Part shown: positions 1-6,848 of the stretch, piece after piece
How the letters are laid out: each line of letters opens with the position of its first letter
How positions within the stretch are numbered: the stretch's first letter is position 1
Assembly: GCA_964403245.1 (NCBI GenBank)
Contig: CAYOEW010000004.1
Coordinates: forward strand, 1-39,328
DNA from: an uncultured Lachnospiraceae bacterium
GTDB taxonomy: Bacteria > Bacillota > Clostridia > Christensenellales > UBA1242
Direction of reading: 5' to 3'
DNA: 39,328 nt
Made by a program: the position numbers and the translations under genes
Notes under the pieces: generated by a model
What the model saw: the letters and a program-made list of their open reading frames with translations, nothing else
The model's database searches: none
Told to the model about the DNA's origin: nothing

Positions 1-118
1 TTTGTTTTTCTTCGGCAATAACATCGTTTGCACGATTATTCATCACCACAACACCGCCGGCGAATGCACCAGCAAGTCCAAGCCCAGCAAACGTTGTGCA
101 AATTATTTTTTTAAACAT
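1..118 (-). CDS. 5' end of a secreted or membrane-anchored protein gene that runs off the left edge
   Basis: Too short for the ORF track. The ATG at 118-116 has an AGGAGA SD (complement of 125-130) 6 nt upstream. It reads MFKKIICTTFAGLGLAGAFAGGVVVMNNRANDVIAEEKQ, a basic N-terminus followed by a hydrophobic Gly/Ala core, which fits a signal peptide or TM anchor. Confidence 0.45.
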   Translation of the reverse strand, partial: MFKKIICTTFAGLGLAGAFAGGVVVMNNRANDVIAEEKQ

Positions 119-167
119 AATTTTTCTCCTTTAATTAAAATTTGTATTTTGAGTTTACATAAACTTT

Positions 168-1586
168 TTAAATATGAACAATATCATCATCACTTGTGGT
201 ATAAGACTTAATTTCATCAGTAACAAAATTGTAAGTATAATAAGTCTTACTTTCAGAATTTGAAATTTTAACTACATTTCCAACATACGAACCATCAAAT
301 TTGGTTTTAAAAGAGTTCCAATAACCATCTTCAATCAAGGTTTTTGTTGTATTCCAAGTATAGTTATACAAATAAACTCCTTCTTGACCTTCTACGGAAT
401 ATACAATTTCATAACATGTTGAACAAATATAATTGAAGAAATAATCATAATTAAATCCAAAATCATCCACCCAATATCCAACTTTTGTGTTAGTATCAAA
501 CACAAAATTTCTTACATTATCGTATGGAGAATCAAATTCAATACATCCGTTATTATTATATGAAACACAACGAGAATTCCAACCATAGTCATCCTTAAAC
601 AAAATCATCTGTTCGTTTTCGTTTTCATCAAGATAAAAATAAATTGCACCAGTATTATTTATTCCTTCAACATCTAAATTCGAAAGCAAAAACGTACCAT
701 CCCCAACAAATACTTCTTCATAATATCCACAATTAACTGCACTTGATATGTCATAAAAATTTGCTTTAACTGTCAAATCAGATTGAATAGCATAAGTTTC
801 ATCAACAACGACATCATCAATTGTCCAATTTTCAATTCCAACAATATTTGCAAGTTCAAGTTTTGAATTTTCTTCATAAAATTTTGTTTCTATTTGATTT
901 TCAGTATAAACATAATCAACTTTAAATAATTGTGGAATTTCTCCAGTTCCATATTTTATTTCAGAATCACTTACATAATTGTTTTCTTTAAAAGAAACAA
1001 CAAAATTATTTCGGTTAAAATAATAATTCCAAAATTGAACGCTTTCAGAACCATTTTTAGTTTCGACATAACAATATGATTCATTAGTTCCAAATGAAAA
1101 TCTGATAAATAGAGTGTCGTCACAAAGCAAATTGTTATTTTCATCAAAAAACAAATAATGATAATCTGCAGAAAGCAATTCTTTATTGACAATAACATTT
1201 GAACATGGTTTATCGTTCACATAAACCACATAATCTTTTTCATCATCGACTGTTACAACTTTATTTGATGTAATTTTACAATAATATGTATCAGTATCTA
1301 AATATTGAACCAATTCAAGATTGTCAAAATTAAAAACTGACTCTTCAACAGAAACAGTTGGGGAAAACAACCCTGTAACTTCTCCAATAATTCCACCTGA
1401 AGCATTGTAATAAATGTTTAAATTAATTACACAATATAATGTAACAAAAACATAAACAATCACTAAAATGAAGAAACATGCAAGTCTAAAAGATGGATGC
1501 TTTATCATTAAAACAATCAAGAATACAATCAGAACTGCCACAAAAATTCCTACAAAGAAACTTGGGTTAAATAATAGATTTAACAT
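168..1586 (-). CDS. Membrane-anchored Asn/Tyr/Asp-rich, Cys-containing extracytoplasmic protein; no family recognised
   Basis: 472-aa ORF with two hydrophobic segments in the first ~60 aa (FFVGIFVAVLIVFLIVLMI; ACFFILVIVYVFVTLYCVI). A GGAGGTG SD lies 5 nt upstream of the ATG, inside the end of the upstream gene (7-nt overlap). Confidence 0.7.
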   Translation of the reverse strand: MLNLLFNPSFFVGIFVAVLIVFLIVLMIKHPSFRLACFFILVIVYVFVTLYCVINLNIYYNASGGIIGEVTGLFSPTVSVEESVFNFDNLELVQYLDTDTYYCKITSNKVVTVDDEKDYVVYVNDKPCSNVIVNKELLSADYHYLFFDENNNLLCDDTLFIRFSFGTNESYCYVETKNGSESVQFWNYYFNRNNFVVSFKENNYVSDSEIKYGTGEIPQLFKVDYVYTENQIETKFYEENSKLELANIVGIENWTIDDVVVDETYAIQSDLTVKANFYDISSAVNCGYYEEVFVGDGTFLLSNLDVEGINNTGAIYFYLDENENEQMILFKDDYGWNSRCVSYNNNGCIEFDSPYDNVRNFVFDTNTKVGYWVDDFGFNYDYFFNYICSTCYEIVYSVEGQEGVYLYNYTWNTTKTLIEDGYWNSFKTKFDGSYVGNVVKISNSESKTYYTYNFVTDEIKSYTTSDDDIVHI

Positions 1587-2884
1587 ACGGGCACCTCCAA
1601 TTTAACAGGTTGTCCATTCTCATTTTTTAGAGTGTAACACTCATAAATATCAAATTTCGATAAACCTGAATCTGAAGTAAAACCATAAAATTCAATATTG
1701 TTTTTACTTAAAACATCTAAATCAATGCAAATAGACAATTTAATGTATTCAGAATACTTTTCATAATAAGAACAGAAATCTTTATTTAATTTCAAAGCAT
1801 ATAAATTATCACGAATATTTACAAAATCAAAGTCATAAATATCACAATCAACTACTGTTTTTCCACTAAAATAATCTCCATTTTTAATAATAGATGAACC
1901 ATCATCTCCAACATAATTAAATTCAGAAGAACCTTTGACTTTCTTAAACAAACTATCATTTGCAGTTTGAATTCCGTCAGCATTTTTTTCAATGTAAATA
2001 GTATACATATCTCTTCTTAATTCACTTACTTTAGAATTTGTTGCTTCAGAAACATCATTAAAAGTATTTCCGTCATATATAGCATAATCAAACAAGTTTG
2101 GGAATTGAATTAAACTTGCGCTATGCTTCCCATTTGAAAAATCTTTGATTGAATTATACATATAAAATGCAAAAGCATTAACATCATAATTAATATAATA
2201 ATCATAATAAACATAATTATAAACCATTTTCAAAAAACCGTTTGTATAGAAACCTGCAGGACTTCTGCCCATATAATTATCAAAATCTTCATCTATATAA
2301 TGATTTTTGAACGCTAGTTTAAAAATATCTTCGTCATTACCAAATGAAACTACTAAATCATCAATAGACAACAATCTGTTTGATACATCATAAGTAAAGT
2401 TATCTGATGATTGATAGGAATAAAAAGAACCATTTTCAGGATAGAGAGTTCTCCAAAGATTGTAATAATGATTTTTGTTAATACCAAACAAACCGGTATT
2501 TTCTTTTTTATTATATTCTTTTGTTGAAGTATCTGCTATTGTGTCCCAAGAAATTAAAGTATCATTTTCTGTATTTCCAACAATTTGCAAGCCCATATGA
2601 TAGAAGGACTCTTTGTTTTCATCCAGAAAGCCAGTAAACTCCATTTCTAAACACTCAAACCCATTCTTATTTTCATTTGAAAAATATCTAACTTTGAAAA
2701 TGTATTCCGATTGTGGTTCTTCAGGTTCTTCAGTGTCAGTTTTAATTTGTCCCAAATAATATGTGTTTACAACTTCTTTATCAGGCATATACATAAGAAC
2801 ATACAACCACCATACATCTAATATAGTGCAAATAACGAAAAGAACAATTAAACAAGCAATAGATATTCTTTTCCAATTAAACAT
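1580..2884 (-). CDS. Membrane-anchored Asn/Tyr/Asp/Phe-rich extracytoplasmic protein; no family recognised
   Basis: 434 aa from the ATG at 2884 (MFNWKRISIACLIVLFVICTILDVWWLYVLMY), preceded by AAGGA. The ORF-track start at 2944 lies inside the upstream terminator hairpin, so it is unlikely to be used. Confidence 0.65.
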   Translation of the reverse strand: MFNWKRISIACLIVLFVICTILDVWWLYVLMYMPDKEVVNTYYLGQIKTDTEEPEEPQSEYIFKVRYFSNENKNGFECLEMEFTGFLDENKESFYHMGLQIVGNTENDTLISWDTIADTSTKEYNKKENTGLFGINKNHYYNLWRTLYPENGSFYSYQSSDNFTYDVSNRLLSIDDLVVSFGNDEDIFKLAFKNHYIDEDFDNYMGRSPAGFYTNGFLKMVYNYVYYDYYINYDVNAFAFYMYNSIKDFSNGKHSASLIQFPNLFDYAIYDGNTFNDVSEATNSKVSELRRDMYTIYIEKNADGIQTANDSLFKKVKGSSEFNYVGDDGSSIIKNGDYFSGKTVVDCDIYDFDFVNIRDNLYALKLNKDFCSYYEKYSEYIKLSICIDLDVLSKNNIEFYGFTSDSGLSKFDIYECYTLKNENGQPVKLEVPVC

Positions 2885-2897
2885 AATTTTTCCTTTT

Positions 2898-2940
2898 AAG
2901 AAAAAAAGACTACCAAAACAATAAACTGATAGTCTTTTTA
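2898..2940 (-). terminator. Intrinsic terminator after the 73-aa membrane protein gene
   Basis: On the - strand, AAAGACTA...TAGTCTTT is followed by a T-run. Confidence 0.6.
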
Positions 2941-2946
2941 TCAATT

Positions 2947-3168
2947 TTAATTTATAAACAAGCTAGTTGAAGCGATATTATCTGATACATCAGGGGCAAC
3001 ATCTTTTACAACACCAAACCAACTCTCGATTTGTTCAACAAATGACAAATTGTTAATTGAACCACAAATCAATGCTGTCAAACAAAAAACAGAACCGATA
3101 ATCAAAATTGTTATTAAAATTCCCCAAAAGATTTTCCAACCATTTGACATTCCATATCTTCTTGTCAT
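2947..3168 (-). CDS. Small (73 aa) single-pass membrane protein with a basic N-terminus and acidic C-terminal tail
   Basis: GGAGAAAAATTT precedes the ATG. The TM segment is WKIFWGILITILIIGSVFCLTALICG. An intrinsic terminator follows. Confidence 0.55.
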   Translation of the reverse strand: MTRRYGMSNGWKIFWGILITILIIGSVFCLTALICGSINNLSFVEQIESWFGVVKDVAPDVSDNIASTSLFIN

Positions 3169-3182
3169 AAATTTTTCTCCTT

Positions 3183-3512
3183 TTATTTTGTAATAAGAGC
3201 AAAAGATTCAGGTTTTGGTTGTGGTTGTCCATTTCCAAATTGTTGAAGTGTATACTTCACTTTTGCCCAATCTCCAAACTTAACTTTGTCAAATGTTGCT
3301 TTATCGACTTTATAATCACAACGAGTTCCGTTTGGAATTCCAGTTTTTTCATTAAAATCATCTTCATCACAGCTGATTACTTCAACAAAATACTCTTCAT
3401 CTTTCGCGTCCCATTTTCTTGAACCGTCAAAACTTTCTCCAGCTTCTCTTGCTTCACTATATTTTTTACTAATTACAATTCCTTGTTCTCTAATTGGTTT
3501 TACAAATGCCAT
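3183..3512 (-). CDS. 109-aa acidic soluble protein of unknown function
   Basis: AAAGGAGA SD lies 8 nt upstream of the ATG. No hydrophobic segment and no recognisable motif. Sits 14 nt upstream of the 73-aa membrane protein gene. Confidence 0.6.
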   Translation of the reverse strand: MAFVKPIREQGIVISKKYSEAREAGESFDGSRKWDAKDEEYFVEVISCDEDDFNEKTGIPNGTRCDYKVDKATFDKVKFGDWAKVKYTLQQFGNGQPQPKPESFALITK

Positions 3513-3574
3513 TTTTTTAATCTCCTTTATTTTTTAAATACTTAATTAAATTTTGAATATATTTTTTTTATGAT

Positions 3575-3624
3575 TGTTTGCTTCATTTTTAAAAACATTT
3601 CATAAGCAAACATCTGAAATGTTT
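3575..3624. promoter_or_regulatory. Interleaved complementary segments forming two mutually exclusive hairpins
   Basis: TGTTTGCTT (3575-3583) pairs with AAGCAAACA (3604-3612). AAACATTTCA (3593-3602) pairs with TGAAATGTTT (3615-3624). The arms interleave in the spacer upstream of the 109-aa gene. Confidence 0.4.
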
Positions 3625-3691
3625 ATAAATTTACCCACTACTCTTTTCGTCGGATTTCGTTTTGTTATTAAATTGTGTTATTCCTAATCAT

Positions 3692-3729
3692 AGGAAAGAA
3701 AGCGAAGCCGATTTTTTTTGCGGCATCGC
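3692..3729 (-). terminator. Possible terminator of the Lys-rich two-gene operon
   Basis: On the - strand, GCGATGCCG-loop-CGGCTTCGC (one mismatch) is followed by TTTCTTTCC. The stem is GC-rich within an AT-rich spacer. Confidence 0.35.
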
Positions 3730-3749
3730 AACTTTTTAGTGAAAAAGTA

Positions 3750-3778
3750 TTGACTTTTGATTTTTTTTAACTTATAAT
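3750..3778 (+). promoter_or_regulatory. Near-consensus sigma-A promoter of the candidate sRNA
   Basis: TTGACT-17 nt-TATAAT. The spacer contains a T8 tract (3761-3768). Confidence 0.55.
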
Positions 3779-3784
3779 AACAAT

Positions 3785-3904
3785 GTTCTTAATGAACTGC
3801 ACATTATTGTGTAAGGCTTATAGCTTTTGTTTATAAGCACCAGCTGAGATTTTAATAATCGTATCAGCATTGGGCTGGGTGGTCAAGCCCAGTCATTTTT
3901 TTTA
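3785..3904 (+). ncRNA. Candidate ~120-nt small RNA, convergent with and overlapping the 3' end of the Lys-rich ORF
   Basis: A TTGACT(3750-3755)-17-TATAAT(3773-3778) promoter lies upstream. The transcript has internal hairpins GCTTATA/TATAAGC and GCTGA/TCAGC. It ends in a GC-rich stem (TGGGCT 3871-3876 / AGCCCA 3886-3891) followed by a T-run at 3896-3903. No SD-preceded ORF lies inside it. Confidence 0.45.
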
Positions 3905-4308
3905 TTTGTAAATTGGTTGTACAATTTTCTATTTCTTTGTTTTTGTTTAGAATGATTGAAAATTGTATTTCTAATTTCAATGACCTTATTTTGAGAAACA
4001 TCCATATTTTTATGGTTTTCTCTAAATTTTTCGTTTACTACAATAGGTTTTCCCTCATCATCTTCAATTTCTAAGTAGTGCTTATAATAGGTTTTCTTTT
4101 TCGTCTTTTTGTTTTGATAACCTTTTAATTCTGTTCTATTAGCACCTTTCTTTGAAGATAGTGGAACAATTGCCAACTCATTTCTTAGATTTTTATCTAC
4201 GACAACAACAGGACGGGTTTTTTTTGAACTGGTCTTTTGTTTGCCTAAATATTTATCATTAGTTGCAAGTGTTCTTCCCAAAGGAACATATTTGTTTTTC
4301 TTAGTCAA
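3883..4308 (-). CDS. Lys-rich basic protein (141 aa) with a possible PemK/MazF-like core
   Basis: The ORF track gives 3883..4326 with a TTG start. I prefer the TTG at 4308 because AGGAGA lies 6 nt upstream of it. The segment KKTRPVVVVDKNLRNELAIVPLSSKKG resembles the RPxxVxS...xxVxPxTS core of PemK/MazF toxins. The similarity is weak and judged by eye only. Confidence 0.55.
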   Translation of the reverse strand: MTKKNKYVPLGRTLATNDKYLGKQKTSSKKTRPVVVVDKNLRNELAIVPLSSKKGANRTELKGYQNKKTKKKTYYKHYLEIEDDEGKPIVVNEKFRENHKNMDVSQNKVIEIRNTIFNHSKQKQRNRKLYNQFTNKKNDWA

Positions 4309-4341
4309 TTTCTTTCTCCTTATCAAAGTTAACTCTAATTA

Positions 4342-4605
4342 TTAAAATTTATGTTTTGCTTCATAGAATGGATTTTTTGCTCTGAAAGCCTTCCTTGCAT
4401 CTTTTTGTGCTGCCAAATATCCGCTTCTATATGCTTTTTGAGTATCACTCAATCTTCGTGGTTTGCCATTTTTGTCAGTCTTAATCTTTGCGTCATTCGT
4501 AATATGAACATTGTTTACAAGTTCGTCATACATCTTTATTCCTTTTTCATAAGGATTAAGCAGTATAACTTTTTCACCACGTTTATTTGTAACTGCAACT
4601 GCCAT
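4342..4605 (-). CDS. 87-aa basic small protein of unknown function
   Basis: AAAGGAGAATCT precedes the ATG. The gene lies 33 nt upstream of my preferred TTG start (4308) of the Lys-rich ORF, or 15 nt upstream of the ORF-track start at 4326. The C-terminal region RLSDTQKAYRSGYLAAQKDARKAFRAKNP is predicted helical and basic. Confidence 0.6.
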   Translation of the reverse strand: MAVAVTNKRGEKVILLNPYEKGIKMYDELVNNVHITNDAKIKTDKNGKPRRLSDTQKAYRSGYLAAQKDARKAFRAKNPFYEAKHKF

Positions 4606-4647
4606 AGATTCTCCTTTTATTAGATTTCTTCAACTGACTATCGACTT

Positions 4648-4679
4648 AAAAAAATCAGTAAGACCAACTTTCTTACTGA
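4648..4679 (-). terminator. Intrinsic terminator on the - strand, upstream of the 87-aa gene
   Basis: A perfect 9-bp stem TCAGTAAGA/TCTTACTGA (4655-4663 / 4671-4679) is followed by T7 on the - strand (A-run 4648-4654). Confidence 0.55.
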
Positions 4680-4705
4680 CTAAGTGACAAACATATTGCG
4701 AAATA

Positions 4706-4734
4706 ACACACACTCTTTGAGTGTGTCTTTTTTT
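4706..4734 (+). terminator. Intrinsic terminator on the + strand, just upstream of the 657-aa gene promoter
   Basis: An 8-bp stem ACACACTC/GAGTGTGT (4708-4715 / 4719-4726) is followed by C and then T7 (4728-4734). Confidence 0.6.
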
Positions 4735-4738
4735 GCTA

Positions 4739-4767
4739 TTGACAAAATCGTCAAATTGTTGTATTAT
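4739..4767 (+). promoter_or_regulatory. Sigma-A promoter of the 657-aa gene
   Basis: TTGACA-17-TATTAT. The inverted repeat TTGAC-N6-GTCAA overlaps the -35. Confidence 0.6.
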
Positions 4768-4793
4768 GAAAACGTATGAGGGGAGGAGGTTTT

Positions 4794-6767
4794 ATGGACA
4801 AACAAAAACTTTATCACATCATGGAAGAGTATTTTGCAATTCCGCAAGAAGAAGTCGAAGAAACGCTTAAAAAACGGGGCGGACAAATCGACCAAATTCG
4901 ACTTGAAGCATTGCTTAACGCTGTGACTCCATATTGCGGGAAGTTTCTCCAAAAACTCGACAAAAACGGCTTGCCAGTTGTTGACGAAAAACTTAAACGC
5001 AAGGCGGGAAATGTTTTTTTGAGCAAACTTAACTATTCAAGTTTTGACGAATTTGAAAGCGCAAATTCAATATATTATCGTGTGGATGAACTTTTTTCAC
5101 AAATCACAAAGAAGGGAATCAATCCTTACAAAACGATTTATTGCACAGTGCTTACTGATGGAAATCTTTGTCGCGGAGAAGCCGACCTTTCCACACGTCA
5201 ATTTTTGAATATATATGACAAAGTCGGTTCAATTTTGCGGGTTGATGACAAGGAAATTGTTGATATTTTTGAAAAAAGTGCCGCAACTTTGATTGGAAAA
5301 TGCTACACATTCCAAATGGATGCAGTTTTCAATGAAATATGCAGTTTTGTTGTTTATGGGGCATACAATGTCGAAAGAAATGTCATCCCAACATACAGAG
5401 TTTTCAAACCGGATGAAGTAAGAGATATTTTCAAAAACTCTCCTTCGCTTTTTGGAAGCACAAGCATGACTGTTGGAAGTGCGTTTAAATATATTCAATC
5501 AGGTGTGAAAATCAGACAGATTGAAAATGATAAAATTGAACTTTGGGAACAAAATTTGTTGAAATTGAGGGCAATTTTCAAAAACAACCCTTCACTTTTG
5601 AAGATTAATGTGTCAGAACTTTCCAAAAAAGAGAATTGTCTGTATGGAACTTATTACAGCGTTGACAGACGCACATCAGGAGAATATCGAGATGCTTTTG
5701 TGTCGTTGTTCAGGGATGCAAGTTTGATTACTTTGATGGATGTTATCAAATTTGATGACATACAAAAAAATGCTGAAAAAAACATCAAATCAATGGAAAA
5801 TTTCTTCTCTCCACAGCAAATTTCAAAATATATAGTTGACAATCCATTTATGCTTGCAATGAACAACTCAAAATTTGACACTCTATTAAGAAATATTGAT
5901 TTTCTTGACAAAGAAAAGGGTGTTGATGGGGAGTATTTGACCAGATTTTTGGAACAAGGTCGTTCACTTTTCAAAAATACATCAAATATTGAAGATGAAA
6001 AAATTCTTTCAAAAATCCAAAAAGACGCAATTATTGAAATTGATGTTGACAAAATGACTGAAGAAGATGCATTTGAAGCGTTTTTGGAGATTTTCTTTGA
6101 TGAAGATGAGGCTGTAAGACTTGAAATCGAAACGAACAGGCTTTTCTTTGAAAGAGATATGCGTGATGACAACGGCGAAAAAACAATTCGAAAATCTATT
6201 CGTGATGTTGGACAAGCGATTGCCGGACTTTCAGGCTTTTTGAAGGACAAAAGTTTTGGTGTTCGTGAAAAGAAAAGTGAAATTTTGAGACTTGCGGATA
6301 TTGTTGGGGATTTGAGATATGCAAGATTTGAACTTGCCCGCACACAAGATATTGCGACCACTGAACGTGTTGAGCAGAAAATCGGAAATGAAATTGAAGC
6401 ACATATCAACAAATTCAGAGCAAGATATAATGAAAAGCGCTTCCATATTGCAAAGCGTTACACAAACACTGACAAACTTTTTGAAAAAACAATGCAATAT
6501 TTGGGAATTTATTTTGATGACAAAAAACCAATTGATGACTTGTTTTTGGAAAATGTTTCTGAACCTTTCTCCCAATTTGTTGAAGAAAATTTTGATGTAA
6601 CAAAAGATTCAACACTTTTTGGCGAAAAATTTATTGTTAAAGTTGACCAAAACCTTAGAAAGCCATTGCAAGAACTTTCGGAAAATATCACAATTTCGCA
6701 GTCGGTTGAAAAATCGAAAGAATTCACTTTTGAAAGCATCAAGAAGGAAAAGGATTGCACAAAATAG
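4794..6767 (+). CDS. 657-aa orphan, predicted helical-repeat protein
   Basis: The ATG at 4794 has a GGGGAGGAGG SD and a TTGACA-17-TATTAT promoter. Recurrent motifs are IFKNSPSLF (nt 5427), IFKNNPSLL (nt 5574) and IVDNPFML (nt ~5832). No P-loop, nuclease or TM motif was seen. Confidence 0.75.
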   Translation: MDKQKLYHIMEEYFAIPQEEVEETLKKRGGQIDQIRLEALLNAVTPYCGKFLQKLDKNGLPVVDEKLKRKAGNVFLSKLNYSSFDEFESANSIYYRVDELFSQITKKGINPYKTIYCTVLTDGNLCRGEADLSTRQFLNIYDKVGSILRVDDKEIVDIFEKSAATLIGKCYTFQMDAVFNEICSFVVYGAYNVERNVIPTYRVFKPDEVRDIFKNSPSLFGSTSMTVGSAFKYIQSGVKIRQIENDKIELWEQNLLKLRAIFKNNPSLLKINVSELSKKENCLYGTYYSVDRRTSGEYRDAFVSLFRDASLITLMDVIKFDDIQKNAEKNIKSMENFFSPQQISKYIVDNPFMLAMNNSKFDTLLRNIDFLDKEKGVDGEYLTRFLEQGRSLFKNTSNIEDEKILSKIQKDAIIEIDVDKMTEEDAFEAFLEIFFDEDEAVRLEIETNRLFFERDMRDDNGEKTIRKSIRDVGQAIAGLSGFLKDKSFGVREKKSEILRLADIVGDLRYARFELARTQDIATTERVEQKIGNEIEAHINKFRARYNEKRFHIAKRYTNTDKLFEKTMQYLGIYFDDKKPIDDLFLENVSEPFSQFVEENFDVTKDSTLFGEKFIVKVDQNLRKPLQELSENITISQSVEKSKEFTFESIKKEKDCTK

Positions 6768-6848
6768 GGTGCAGTCTTTCTTTTCATGAATTTTGTTTGC
6801 AAATTTCAAATGTTTTAAGTTATAATGGAAAAAGTTAAAGGAGATTTT

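Noticed and set aside
2-211. 69-aa + strand ORF at the left edge
   Set aside because: It lies antisense to a - strand gene start (ATG at 118 with a good SD and a signal-peptide-like product) and to the end of the 472-aa gene. It has no SD and an odd His/Cys/Lys composition.
3575-3624. H-type pseudoknot interpretation of the interleaved helices
   Set aside because: The connecting loops would be only 1-2 nt across 9-10-bp stems, which is sterically implausible. Mutually exclusive alternative hairpins are more likely.
3783-3836. 17-aa (MFLMNCTLLCKAYSFCL) or 14-aa Cys-rich peptide ORF inside the candidate sRNA, considered as a possible type I toxin
   Set aside because: It has no SD. The first ATG lies at or before the predicted TSS, and the peptide is shorter and less hydrophobic than known type I toxins. 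It is kept only as a remote possibility.
1-4740. Filamentous-phage (inovirus-like) or other prophage interpretation of the orphan block (small OB-like protein, small membrane protein, large anchored proteins)
   Set aside because: No Zot-type P-loop ATPase, replication initiator, integrase, att-like direct repeats or tRNA target is visible in the window. The idea cannot be supported from what is seen.
5654-6412. 252-aa - strand ORF inside the 657-aa gene
   Set aside because: Its Ser/Ile/Phe/Leu-rich low-complexity translation is typical of the shadow frame opposite a Lys/Glu/Asp-rich gene. It has no SD or promoter. The same reasoning applies to 14776-15345 (in infB), 22435-23079 (in lepA), 23360-23920 (in hemW), 28259-28855 (across rimM), 35153-35749 (in spoIVB), 36948-37493 (in degV), 17968-18402 and 38562-39053.
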